A stretch of 64,000 bases of DNA from the human T2T-CHM13v2.0 reference genome, Homo sapiens (GCF_009914755.1 NC_060930.1); one strand, 5' to 3'. Positions 33,727-47,872 are shown, numbered from the stretch's first letter. The notes: a model not told the origin generated them from the sequence alone. Made by a program: numbers and translations.

Positions 33727-34270
33727 CTTTGGAGAGAAAAATGTTCAGTGAGGCTGCATTGCTAAATACAAATGTCAGCAAACTTCCAAAAATTCTAAAT
33801 ATGTTATCTTTTTTTAATAAAAAGAATATACATAACTCTTTAAAAGTGATCATATGAAGATATGTTAAAATATCAGAGTTTGTGAATAGGTATGTATTGA
33901 ACCCTGAATAACCAGAAATGAACTTGAGAATTTTACCTTTCAATTTTACCTTTCAAGAAAAGTAGAGACTACTTTTGCAATACTAATGCAAGGTATAATT
34001 ATAGAATTGCAGTCTTTAAAAAAAAAAAGAAGTTTAGGCTGGGCGTGGTGGCTCACATCTGTAATCCCAACAGGCAGGAGGATCACTTGAGACCAGGAGT
34101 TTAAGACCAGCCTGGGCAACGTAGTGAGACCCCATCTTAGAAAAAAAAATAGTGCAATTTTTTTAAATTGGTTAACATAAATTTCTCAATTTCTCTAGGG
34201 TCTTTCTCCCAGACTCTATATCACCAGGTATGTTGAATGCAACTTTTATTGTTCTATTGATTCAACTTAC

Positions 34271-34408
34271 TGAGAGGAACTGACAAGTTTTCTCTCCAAA
34301 GAGCCTGTTGGCCGTTCTCAGCAGGTACTGTGTGCCAGCCTTGTTCACTTCAGTGAGAAGCGACTGGAAAGCCCGATGAATGTCTTCCTCTGTGTTTAAA
34401 GACAGTGC
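34271..34408 (-). CDS. SERPINB9: SERPINB9 exon 3 ([11 protein letters not shown]...[10 protein letters not shown])
   Basis: acag|GCACTG...CTCTCA|gtaagt; 138 nt. Confidence 0.97.
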
Positions 34409-35075
34409 CTGTTGTGAAAGATAATTTTAAAAGTTATCAAGATAGCTCTTTGATGGCTGGGGAGAGGAGAGAGAGGGGACAGAAAACAGGCGAGTAAAAG
34501 ATGTAGCCATTCTGCCTGAATGGATCTCGCTTGTTTAAAGATCAGTAACACACAAAAAATGACAAGGGTGAGAAAAGCTCAGAAAAGAGGTTGTGATAAA
34601 ATCTTGCATCAAAAGGAAAATATAAATGTACCCTAAGTGGTGGGAAAATTACCTCTAAAATTTATAGTGAAAAAAAAAGATGCAGTTAAAAAGTTAAAAG
34701 CAGAAAAAATGCATGGAAAAATAGACGGAAATACAATCATCAGAATCCTCAAAAGGAAACAAGGATATTACATGAGCAATGTGATTAATAAGACAATAAC
34801 ACAGTTATTAAAATTGTACCCTATAGGGACTACATGTGTGTATATTAAATATTTCAAAATATATCACACATATTGGGCCATAAGAAAAGTCTCAACATCC
34901 CAATACATTCTGAAATACAGAATTATATAGATCATATTCTCTAACTTCAATGTAGTAACAAAAAATCAGCATTATAAATAAAATGCCAACAAAATGAAAA
35001 TCACCTACAAAATATTACTGAAAACACTTTTCTAAATAATTAACTCTTCAAAGTAAAAATTAAAATACTTTTCTA

Positions 35076-37106
<2,031 letters not shown>

Positions 37107-37429
37107 TCATAGGGATTTTTTCCTCCCTTCTACTTTTATTTTTTAAAAATTTTTATAGTGGACTTTTACCAGTTATATAATGAAGGAAAAATAAATAATT
37201 CTTTAAAATATTTCTGCTGCCATTAACGCTTCCCTGCATGTTACAGGTAGCAACGTGTACTCAGTATGTTTGGTGTCTCACAAGCATCCAGTTGAACACT
37301 GGAGCCATGGAGAGAGCTCAGTCTCACACCTAAGAAGGTACCCAGACAATTTTGGTGCTCTCAAAAAAGCTTTCTATAAGGGTTTATCAGTGAGCCTAAA
37401 ACATAGAAAAAGATCATACAGATTTCAGC

Positions 37430-37885
37430 ATAAGGAACTTCAGAATCAAAATGGAGTCACTAATATTAAAAAAACAAAACCAAAAACCTTTGACAAACAG
37501 ACAGGGAAGGCCATGAAGAGAGGGTTCTCACGCTTGAATGCCTGATAACACAACTATCACAAAGGACTCTAAAAACCTACGCTCTTGCACAAAGGCCATC
37601 ACAGCCTTACACAACAAAATACTTGTGCAAGGACATCTACCCAGGAACTCCCCATCCAACCTCACACTGACATCACCTTCGTTATTGATCTTTTTGCCAA
37701 AAATAATTATTTCAAAGGAATTATGTAATCCTCTTTACTTTTTCCTTTAAAAATCTTAGTGTTATTTCACCTCCCTGAATGTGCACATAGCTTGCCATGG
37801 CATGCGTATTTTCATTGCAATGCCCTATTTCCAAATATATATATCTTTTAGAGAGCCTCTCTGTGCTTATTATTAAGGCTGGTAG
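37430..37885 (+). mobile_element. ERV-type LTR fragment in SERPINB9 intron 2
   Basis: aatcaaaatggagtcactaat...agggaaggccatgaagagagggttctcacgc..., LTR-like; family not assigned. Confidence 0.55.
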
Positions 37886-38661
37886 CCTTTACACATAAAC
37901 CCTCCCTTCTTCACACAATGAGCTGGGAAATTATTAAAATGAGTAATTCACTATTGAAAAGCGTCATCAAAGAAAAAGACAGTCATATTGAACAAAGGAC
38001 AACTCCCATGATGAAGGCGTGTCCAGCGGCCTGCACTCAGGGATGGCGCTTTTCGGTTTCATCTCACGTGTATGTCTCCTCTCCTTTCCACAAAGGTCTG
38101 GGGACAAGCACTGATCTTGAATCATTTCCACAGGTTCTCTGAATGTTGGTGAGACTGAGCTGAGCAGTACCTGCACAGTGTGCAGCTGTAATGAAGCACT
38201 TGCCCTGGAATCCTTCTTGCAAATTTCTGTTGATGCCCTCCCTGAGCTGTTGGTACAGAAACAACTTGAAACAGGTATTAACCTTCCTTACCAATGAAAG
38301 TTTAGTTACAAAGTCTCTTGCTCCAAAAAAGAGGTAGTTCTTTGCAACTTATGTTTCAAATAATTTCAGTGTCATTTTCTAAAGAAAGATTCTGCGCTAG
38401 GACAAGACAGCTTGGATGGTCTTTTCCAAGGGATTAACCGAGGAAAGTTTCCCCCAAATAAATCTCGGTGGAGCAGAGTTCCTGCCTCCCTGCCCTGCCC
38501 CACTTCTTCCCCAGTGGACCCCGCCTCCCTGAAACGGCCAGTGCACACTCGGGCCCCAGTCCTGCCCTCCTTTCTCAGTGGCTCTGGAGTGTGAGTGTGA
38601 AGCTGGTGACAGAACACGCAGCCCAGGCCAGTCCCTGCTCCTGGCGGACGGGCAAGCTTAC

Positions 38662-38829
38662 CTGGGCCATCTGGGTTGCGGTGTTTCCCTTTGCCCCTAG
38701 GAGAACCATGGCCAGGGCAGAGGAGATGCTCACAGGAGAACAGAACACGTTGTGCGAAGGGTTATCTTGACACAGTATCTTTAAAAGGCGTATGGCAAAA
38801 GTACCACTTGCATTAGAAAGAGTTTCCAT
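38662..38829 (-). CDS. SERPINB9: SERPINB9 exon 2 coding part (M1-Q56); exon begins at 38839
   Basis: ttccag|GCCCTGCATC ATG GAA ACT...ATG GCC CAG|gtaagc; 168 nt. Confidence 0.98.
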
Positions 38830-39097
38830 GATGCAGGGCCTGGAAGGGAAGAATAAAGAGAAATGCAGTTTCCACACTCCCTGAATGTTACTGACCTACT
38901 TACTACAGGGCAATTTTGGAATCGTACTTTTTGTTTTCTTCTTAAAGTTCGTAAGTATTTTAAATTGGAGAAAAATTTATTTTCTGTTAGTCTCCGGCCA
39001 AAAATTAAGTGCAAATGTTAAGGTAATTAGCTAAGTGTGGTGATGGCAGCAGCTCAAACCAGCAATAGCAACAGAACTGGCTCGCCTGCAGAGCTCG

Positions 39098-39104
<7 letters not shown>

Positions 39105-39149
<45 letters not shown>
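39105..39149. repeat. (CA)~22 microsatellite in SERPINB9 intron 1
   Basis: Direct reading. Confidence 0.95.
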
Positions 39150-39152
<3 letters not shown>

Positions 39153-40764
39153 CTGGAAGCAGTGAACTCCAATTCTTTCCGTAAGGACCAGATCGTCCCA
39201 TCTGAGGAGGAGAATGGGGTCAGGGAGGAGGAGGAAAATGCTGTTCTTATTCTTGCATGCATTTACAAAGAGTCCTTGTGAGATTTTCAACTGGGCACCA
39301 GCCTGTGGCCTCCCTGACATTCAGCTGATACACAAAAGACACTGAGATGCTGAATCTGACCCAGAGACAGACAGCTGTGAGGCAAGGAGCTGTCATCCAT
39401 AGAGGCAAGTGAGTGCGTCCTGGACAGCCGGGGTGGAGCCAGGCTGCTCCCAGTCAGCCAGCCTGCCCCAGGCCCACGCGGCCTGACATCCCAGTAACTC
39501 CATTCAGAGCTCCTGCCCATCACCAGCTTCTGCACATCATGTGACCCTTGAACACAGAGTGGGACTTGGACAATTGTGTGGTTTTGCTTCGTTTTGTTTT
39601 GTTTTTAATGTGCTTCCTAACTCAGAAACATCTATTTGGGAGCTTTACTCATTACTCCCAGCAAAAGCCATGAGTGTAGATTGTGCGTGAGAGGAAGGAT
39701 CTGATCCCTGCAGAACGCCAGAATGGAAAGGCAAGAAACAGCCCAAGGTGAGGAGTAAAACAGGCGAGAACAAGGAGGTGGTGCCTGTGAAGCCACTGGA
39801 GACCAAAGTGTGAATGTGAGGGGGTGGGTCTCTTGGCCACAGGCCTGAAACCAAATGAACCCCCACCCCCAGGCTGCAGTTCCCAGTGCACTTGGAAATG
39901 AGACCCTGACTCCTCCAGGTGAGCCTGGGAGACCTCCCTGACTCCTTTCCATCTCCCCCTCCTCCCCCACACCCATCCCCAAGGCCTGCCCTCTACGCCC
40001 ACATTTCTTCCCACTTCGGATTCTGTGCCTGGTCTAATGCCCAGGCCCCCTCCCGAGCCTCTGGTCTCCCTAGAGCCACTCCCCACTGTCGGGACACCTC
40101 ATCTGTGCTCCCCAAAACGCCACGCAAAGCGCTGGAGAGCCTTGGACAATGAACACAACCCACTCCCCCAGCCACCCCCACGCCACAGCCACACGGCACC
40201 TCAGAAAGCGGTGTCTTAATCCTCTTGTCCTTCCTCCTAAATCTCCCAGGGGCCCTTAGGCCCCTCAAAGGTGGCCGCTCAAAGCCACCTTGTTAAAACG
40301 GTGTCTTACCCACCTGCCCCCTCCCTTGATCCAGCCTCACTGAGGTCACAGCCTCCACCTCTGGCCATCCTGAACCCCTCCCAAAGTCAACTCTTCACAA
40401 ACACTGTTGGTCCCCCTTAGAAGGCCCCATGTCCATCACGGCATTAATTCCACTCACCCTCAAACACCGCGGCCCGGAGGCTCTGATTCCCACCCTGGAG
40501 GAGGTTCTCTTGACCCCGCCGGCGCGACCCTCCCCAGCACGACCCTTCCTCCCGAAGGTGATTCCTCATCTTGCTGGTGGTCCCCACAGACCGCAGGCTC
40601 TGCAGGCGAGCGCTGAGCCTGGCTCTGCAGATTCTCAGGACCCCATTCGTTTAGCTGAATTATTGAAAGAATTAAGATGGATAAGAGTGCTCAGATTTGA
40701 AACTCCGAGACTGGTGGCTTTATTTTTTTGTTGTTGTTGGTGGTGGTTTTTTTGTGTTTTTCTT

Positions 40765-41055
40765 TTTTTTGTTTTGAGACGAAGTCTCACTCTGTCTGCC
40801 AGGCTGGAGTGCAGTGGCGCAATCCCAGCTCACTGCAACCTCTGCCTCCCGAGTTGAAGTGATTTTCCTGCCTCAGCACATAGCTGACATTATTACAGGC
40901 GTGGGCCACCATGCCCGGCTAATTTCTGTATTTTTAGTAGAGACCGGTTTTCACCACGTTTGCCAGACTGGTCTCGAACTCCTGATCTCCAAGGATCCGA
41001 CCGCCTTGGCCTCCCAAAGTGCTGGGATTACAGGCGTGAGCCACTGCGCCCGGCC
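40765..41055 (-). mobile_element. AluS in SERPINB9 intron 1
   Basis: Reverse Alu; TSD gagactggtg. Confidence 0.9.
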
Positions 41056-41438
41056 GAGACTGGTGACTGTAAAGGACAGTGAAGAAGCAGGACAGACGTC
41101 ATCCTGCGGATCCCAGAGCAGAGAAGAGCAGTGAGAACACAGGGCCGGCAGGTGGGGAGGAGGCTGCAGGGGAGGGCTTCGGCCAGGGAAGGGCAGCGAG
41201 GAGACATCCGGGAGGGAGGCGTCCGCGGTGGCTGTGGGCCGCCAAGGCGGAGACCGGCTGCCGCTCCCAGGCACCCCCCAGAGACCGTTGCTGACCCCAC
41301 CGAGAAGGCACCGCCTCCCCGGGGCTCTTGGCTGAGCGACCTCTCCTGTCCTCCGGTCCCATCACTCGGTGGCAGCCGGTGGACCTGAAGCTCGCCACTC
41401 CCGTCCCCTACCCCAGCCGTGCGCGGGGACGCCCTCAC

Positions 41439-41550
41439 CTGCCACCTAGTCCAGCGCTGCCGCCGTCTCCGTGCCGCGCTCCGAGCCTGGACGCCGACCC
41501 CCGAGGCGCAGGACCCGGCCCTGCTGCTGCGCTCGCCGCGGACTCCCGCT
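41439..41550 (-). other. SERPINB9: SERPINB9 non-coding exon 1
   Basis: Donor GGCAG|gtgagg at 41439/41438; TATAAAA 21-27 nt upstream of ~41550; lies in a CpG island; TSS position approximate. Confidence 0.85.
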
Positions 41551-41570
41551 AGGGCCTCTGCAGGCACCGC

Positions 41571-41577
41571 TTTTATA
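41571..41577 (-). promoter_or_regulatory. TATA box of SERPINB9
   Basis: TATAAAA on the minus strand just upstream of exon 1 in GC-rich context. Confidence 0.8.
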
Positions 41578-41660
41578 CCGCAGGGTCGGGCGCCTCCCAC
41601 GCTTTCTGCGTTTAGGCGGAGCCTGGCGGGACCAGCGGGGGCGCCGCGCGTGGTGGCCGA

Positions 41661-41696
41661 GGTCAGAGCTGGGAGCAGGGTCAGGTCAGGGTCCCC
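41661..41696 (-). promoter_or_regulatory. Estrogen-responsive unit: imperfect ERE (GGGGAcccTGACC) followed by DR13 of TGACC half-sites
   Basis: Plus strand GGTCA-gagctgggagcag(13 nt)-GGTCA-GGTCA-ggg-TCCCC; matches the architecture I recall being described for the PI-9 ERU. Confidence 0.8.
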
Positions 41697-41980
41697 CCAG
41701 TCCGCCCCGCCCGGGGCGATGTCCGCCAATGCTCCCGCCAGCCTGAGGCCGGCCAGGTTCCCAAGGCGCGCGCTCGGCCTCACCCACCCCCGGCGCCAGG
41801 GCCTCTTCAGGACCGGGTTCAGAACCTGACAGCCCAGAGAAGTAGGTTGGGAGCCTGCGGCGTCCAGGGCCTCCGCGCGAAGAAACAAGGCGTCTGCGGG
41901 AAAGGAGACGGAGCCTGGAACCCTGGGCTTTTGTACTTAAGGAAGCGAAGGTCGGGTGACAGCCAAGCTCCGTGTTCCAG

Positions 41981-42214
41981 TGGGAAGGTCCCATGGGTCT
42001 GTGTTCCACGCCTCTTGTCATGAATATGGGGGATTCACTTAGAACCAAAGCATTTGTTCCAGGTCCCACCACTAACTAGTACTAGTCCTGGGCCCAGAAC
42101 CAGGCGTCCTCACTCCTAGTACCCAAGCCCTTCTCTAGCCACAGGTGTTTGGGCTGCGGTGTGGTGTAAGCAGCCCCATTTTCCCGCAAAGTGATGGGAA
42201 GAGACACTGAGTCA
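41981..42214. promoter_or_regulatory. Two NF-kB-like sites (~41981-41991 GGGAAGGTCCC; ~42029-42038 GGGGATTCAC) and an AP-1 site (TGAGTCA 42208-42214)
   Basis: Motif matches upstream of the SERPINB9 promoter; consistent with known inflammatory induction of PI-9. Confidence 0.65.
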
Positions 42215-43369
42215 CACGGGCTCAGGACACTCCTTGTGTCCTCTATCAGGGGGTCCAGAGGCAGGGACTCGGGGGAGTTGATGCAGCAGTTCGTGATGTC
42301 ATCAGATATCCCCCCACCCCCTTCCATCTCAGGCTGGACTCAATTGGAAGCATTTCATGTTGGCACGGTGACGTCCAGAGGAAGGGAACAGACAAATGGC
42401 TCTCTCTGGAGCACGGAGCGTCGCCCAGAAGCCGTGCCCTCCTGTTTCAAATTGACCAGAATTAGAGCTTTCTCCTGAGGGCCTGAATTAGGGAGAAGCA
42501 AGGCAGGTGCCTAAGGCACAAAATTTCAGGAGGGCCACACGCATAGGTGCCAACCCTGCATTTGCGCGGCCCTGAGAATCAGAGCCTCCTTCAATTTGAC
42601 ACCCTAGGTGCCTAGCTTGTTTTTAAAAATAAAACCTTTATTAAAAGACAATTCACGGACCATAATATGCATCCTTTTAAAGCATACAATTCAATAGTTC
42701 TTGGTATATTGACAAAGCTGTCCAACTCTCACCACTATCTAACTCCAGAAGGTTTTCATCACCCTAAAAGGAACTGTGATACCCATTAGCAATTGTTCTC
42801 CATTTCCTCCTTCCCACAACCCCTGGCTTCTGGGAGAGGCTCCGACCTCCAGATTTCTTTTCTGGCCCTGCGGATTGACCGACTGTGAAGATTTCATGCA
42901 AATTGAATCATACAATATGTGGTCTTTCCTGACTGCCTTCTTTCACTTAGCATAATGTTTTCAAGGGTCATTCTTGATGGTTCCAGGTAGCATTTGTTAG
43001 TACTTTATTTCTTTTTATAACTGAATAATACTTATAAAAATATTATAAAATCAAAAGGGAAATTAGAATGTATTTTGAAATTAATAAAAAATGAAAATAA
43101 AAACATCAAAATTTGTAGGATGTTATTAAGTCAGCTTTGGGGAAATTTTGCAGCATGAAATGCCTATATTAGGAGAGGAGAAAGGCTTCAAATCAATGAC
43201 CTCAGTTTCTACCTTCAAAAACTAGAAAAAGTATAAATACATTGAACACATAATCAGTAGAAAAGAAGAAATAATAAAGATTAGAGAATAAATCAATGAT
43301 ATAGAAAACTTTATAATGATAGAGACAATTGATTAAACAAAAAGCTGTTATTTATTTATCCACTTATTT

Positions 43370-43659
43370 ATTTTTTTGAGGTGGAGTCTTGCTCTATCGC
43401 CTAGGCTGGAGAACAATGGCGTGATCTTGGCTCACTGCAACCTCCACCTCCCAATTCCAGCGATTCTCCTGCCTCAGCCTCCCAAGTAGCTGGGACTATA
43501 GGCATGCATCACCATACCCAGCTAATTTTTGTATTTTTAGTAGAGATGGGGTTTCACCATGTTGGCCAGGCTGGTCACGAACTCCTGACCTCAGGTGATC
43601 CTCCCGCCTCAGCCTCCCAAAGTGCTGGGATTACAGGCGTGAACCACTGTGCCTGGCCA
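43370..43659 (-). mobile_element. AluSx-like
   Basis: Reverse Alu consensus; L1 fragments on its left (42625-43350). Confidence 0.9.
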
Positions 43660-44358
43660 TACCCATGAATTTTAAGGCAACAAATGGGGGCATCGTTGTC
43701 AGTGCCATTGCAAGAAAGTGTCTGAGTAAACGTGGACCATGATGGCATAGTGCAAACATGTTAGCTGCCTCTGTGCTCCGAGGCCTAGAGGAAACGTCCT
43801 TTCAATCCAAATCATGTGACCAGCGATGGAAAATGGGTTTAGGAAAGGATAAAAACACAGAACTATGAAAACAAGGTTATTTTAGCTTTTCCTTTCCTTT
43901 CTCCTCTTTCCCCCACTAAAAATTGTATGGGGGGGTGGGGCATGAAATCTGTTCAGAAATAGCTAAGAATCAAGAGATTTTGCAATTACCTATATTTTTC
44001 ATTTAAAATCTCTTCTACTTTATTACTTTAAGAAAGTCACAACATATCACAAAAATATTTCTTTATCTGATTGCTCATCATGGTTTTCCCAGATAGAAAA
44101 TACACAGGGCCCCAGAGGAAGCATTTTTCCAGGATTTTCCAACACTGTCCGGAGGAAGGGAGTCTTTGATCCTCACACCAGGTCCAAGGATTTTTCAAAA
44201 ATCACTACTTCATGATCAGACAAGCCCAAGAGAAATGACAGAATCATGTTGCTGGCCTGAAAACCTGGCAAACGTGTAAGCAGACCTCCGTCACTGAGGA
44301 CCCACCCAGCAGTAACTTCCTTCCTAGCTCCAAGTTCACTGCAAATAAAGTCCCTCAC

Positions 44359-44463
44359 CACCAATGACCCAGCCGTTGTGCGTCTCTAGACTCTTCTGCA
44401 TCTTTAGCAAAGGCCACATTTTCCAGCTCTACCTGTGGGCATTTGACACACTTCCTTAAAGTC
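44359..44463 (-). pseudogene. SERPINB8-like exon 4 remnant
   Basis: ttgcag|GACTTTAAGGAAGTGTGTCAA...GCAGAAGAGTCTAGA...GGCTGGGTC...|gtgagg; frameshifted. Confidence 0.85.
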
Positions 44464-44887
44464 CTGCAAAGAGCAAAATATGGAGCGTGGCCCTATTCAT
44501 TCTGCAAAGGTTTCCACAACTTTGAAAACATTTCCCTGCCCCCAACATGTTCCTATCATGCTTGTGACACAGTCAGGTTCCATTCTAAGACTCATGCATT
44601 CAGTTAACAAAAAATAATTCGCTTCCTGCCATGGGCTTGGCTTGGCACTTGCTGGGAACTTGGTACCAAGTTGAAGACACAATATCTGGCCCAAGAGGGC
44701 AGCAGTCTGAGGGAGAGACGGCGAGCACACTGAGGTACTTCCAAGGTGCCCTGAACACCCCTAGAATGGCCCAGCCCAACACTTAAGCTCCACAGGGACT
44801 TTCCACTAAATCTTCTGTCTCCCACACCGGACTGCGAGCCTCAGGACAGCCTAACCCTCCTTTACTAATTTTTATATTAGCACACTG

Positions 44888-45207
44888 TACATTTGGCCAC
44901 CGGTACCTCAGGTTCCACATCCACAGATTCAACCAACTGCAGATGGAAAAATTTTTTTAAAAATCAAAAAATAATACAAAATTTAAAACAATACAGTATA
45001 ACGGCTATTTGTACAGCATTTACATTGTATTAGGTATTATACATAATCTAGAGATGATTTCAAGCGTATGGGAGGATGTTACACAGGTTACATTTGCATA
45101 GGTTATATGCAAACACTACGCCATGTTATATTAGGGACTTGAGGATCCGCAGAGCTCAATGTTCGCTAGGATCCTGGAATCAATCAGATACCAAGAGACA
45201 ACTGTAT
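44888..45207 (-). mobile_element. MER2-like Tigger-family DNA transposon
   Basis: cagcatttacattgtattaggtattata...atctagagatgatt...gggacttgag...caactgta. Confidence 0.75.
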
Positions 45208-45384
45208 TTGCTGAAGCGTATTTGTTGAATGATTGAAAGGCTTCATACTGGGATTAGATGATCAAGAAATAGAGATCTGCAAGTGGGCAAACAGGGAAAC
45301 GGCATTTCAGATCTGCATCATCCAGGTGGCTTGAGAGAACAGGGACCAAGGAAGGTCCCTGAAGATGGACTTGGAAGGGTCTGG

Positions 45385-46383
45385 AGGTTGTGTGTGTGTG
45401 TGTGTGCGCGCTCGAGTATGTGTGTCGAGGTTGTGTGTGTGTGTGTGTGTGTGTGCTCGAGTACGTGTGTCGAGGTTGTGTGTGTGTGTGCTCGAGTACG
45501 TGTGTCAAGGTTGTGTGTGCTCGAGTACGTGTGTCAAGGTTGTGTGTGTGCTCGAGTACGTGTGTCGAGGTTGTGTGTGTGTGCTCGAGTATGTGTGTCC
45601 AGGTTGTGTGTGTGTGTGTGCTCGAGTATGTGTGTCAAAGTTGTGTGTGTGTGTGCGCGCGCTCAAGTATGTGTGTCCAGGTTGTGTGTGTGTGTGCGCT
45701 CGAGTATGTGTGTCGAGGTTGTGTGTGTGTGTGTGTGTGCTCGAGTATGTGTGTCCAGGTTGTGTGTGTGTGCTCGAGTACGTGTGTCGAGGTTGTGTGT
45801 GTGCTCGAGTACGTGTGTCGATGTTGTGTGTGCTCGAGTACGTGTGTTGAGGTTGTGTGTGTGTGTGCTCGAGTACGTGTGTCGAGGTTGTGTGTGTGTG
45901 CTCGAGTACGTGTGTCGAGGTTGTGTGTGTGCTCGAGTACGTGTGTCGAGGTTGTGTGTGTGTGCTCGAGTACGTGTGTCGAGGTTGTGTGTGTGTGCTC
46001 GAGTACGTGTGTCGAGGTTGTGTGTGTGCTCGAGTACGTGTGTCGAGGTGTGTGCTCGAGTACGTGTGTCGAGGTTGTGTGTGTGTGTGCTCGAGTACGT
46101 GTCGAGGTTGTGTGTGTGTGCTCGAGTACGTGTGTCGAGGTTGTGTGTGTGTGCTCGAGTACGTGTGTCGAGGTGTGTGTGTGCTCAAGTACGTGTCGAG
46201 GTTGTGTGTGTGTGCTCGAGTACGTGTGTCGAGGTGTGTGTGTGTGCTCGAGTACGTGTGTCAAGGTTGTGTGTGTGTGTGCTCGAGTACGTGTGTCGAG
46301 GTTGTGTGTGTGTGTGCGCTCGAGTACGTGTGTCGAGGTTGTGTGTGTGTGTGTGTGTGTGTGTGCTCGAGTACGTATGTCGG
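45385..46383. repeat. Compound VNTR: ~29 units of GAGGTT(GT)nGCTCGAGTAYGTGTGTC
   Basis: Counted by eye; constant core with variable (GT)n length; source of the spurious CV/HT-rich ORFs. Confidence 0.95.
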
Positions 46384-46904
46384 GAGGGGGATAAGAAGAA
46401 CACAGCAGCAGGAGATGAGCCTTGAAACGTATGTTGAGGTCAAATCGAAAAGGCCTGTATGCAAACCTTTGAAGCCCAGAGCTGACTCCCTTCCATGATC
46501 ACCTGGTTTCAGCTATAATGGGCTTGGCACTAGCCTCCCATCCTCTGCCCATCTTCTTGTTCTCAAATAATCTTGGTTCTACAGAAGAGGATGTAGAGAG
46601 GAGAAGGGGCTAGGCAACGAGAAAGGTGGCAGGTGGCCCCCTGTGTCCCCAGTATTCTCCAATTATAATAGTCAAAGATCAGGCCAATGTTCAAAAATGA
46701 TTCCTGGGATCGCTGGTGCTTATCCACCCAAAGGGCCCAGAATCTGCCCCAGTGGGATATAAGCCGAGAGCAGGCAACCTCCACAGGAGAGTCCCCGGCA
46801 GCAGTGATGACTGGGATGTATTTGAATCTTACAGAAGAACCCTTGGAATCCAGCCAGTCAGCAGCTCACTGATCTCAGATAACATCATCCTGCATGCTAC
46901 CTGG

Positions 46905-47872
46905 TGTGGTGAAAAGCAAGAGAGATCAGATTGTTACTGTGTCTGTGTAGAAAGAAGTAGACATAGGAGACTCCATTCTGTGCTGTACTAAGAAAAATTC
47001 TTCTGCCTTGAGATGTTGTTGATCTATGACCTTACCCCCAACCCCGTGCTCTCTGAAACATGTGCTGTGTCAGACTCAGGGTTAAATGGATTAAGGGCTG
47101 TGCAGGATGTGCTTTGTTAAACAGATGCTTGAAGGCAGCATGCTCCTTAAGAGTCATCACCACTCCCTCATCTCAAGTATCCAGGGACACAAACACTGCG
47201 GAAGGCCGCAGGGACCTCTGCCTAGGAAAGCCAGGTATTATCCAAGGTTTCTCCCCATGGGATAGTCTGAAATATGGCTTCATGGGAAGGGAAAGACCTG
47301 ACCGTCCCCCAGCCCGACACCCGTAAAGGGTCTGTGCTGAGGAGGATTAGTAAAAGAGGAAGGAATGCCTCTTGCAGTTGAGACAAGAGGAAAGCATCTG
47401 TCTCCTGCCCGTCCCTGGGCAATGGAATGTCTCGGTATAAAACCCGATTGTACGTTCCGTCTACTGAGATAGGGAAAAACTACCTTAGGGCTGGAGGTGG
47501 GACATGCGGGCAGCAATACTGCTTTGTAAAGCATTGAGATGTTTATGTGGATGCGTATCTAAAGCACAGCACTTGATTCTTTACCTTGTCTATGATGCAA
47601 AGACCTTTGTTCACGTGTTTGTCTGCTGACCCTCTCCCCACTATTGTCTTGTGACCCTGACACATCCTCCTCTCTCAGAAACACCCAGGAATGATCAATA
47701 AATACAAAGGGAACTCAGAAGCCGGCGGGATCCTCCATATGCTGAATGCTGGTCCCCTGGGTGCCCTTATTTCTTTCTCTATACTTTGTCTCCGTGTCTT
47801 TTTCTTTTCCAAGTCTCTCGTTCCACCTAACGAGAAACACCCACAGGTGTGGAGGGGCGACCCACCCCTTCA
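46905..47872 (+). mobile_element. HERV-K (HML-2) solo LTR, LTR5 (probably LTR5B)
   Basis: TGTGG...AAAAGCAAGAGAGATCAG start, CCCTTCA end, 968 bp, 6-bp TSD ACCTGG (46899-46904 / 47873-47878), TATAAAA ~47437, AATAAA ~47697. Confidence 0.95.

Larger units (their letters stand above)
41040..41910. promoter_or_regulatory. SERPINB9 promoter CpG island
   Basis: Very high GC and CpG density, GC boxes (ccgccccgcc at ~41702). Confidence 0.9.

Noticed and set aside
41028-42072. 286-aa minus-strand ORF across the SERPINB9 promoter
   Set aside because: Low stop frequency in a CpG island; it crosses the exon 1 donor and ends in an Alu
45283-46498. Long ORFs (up to 380 aa) rich in CV/HT repeats, and a CRISPR-like repeat-spacer look
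   Set aside because: Products of a stop-free (GT)n VNTR; the spacers are just GT runs, not unique sequences; human DNA with no cas genes
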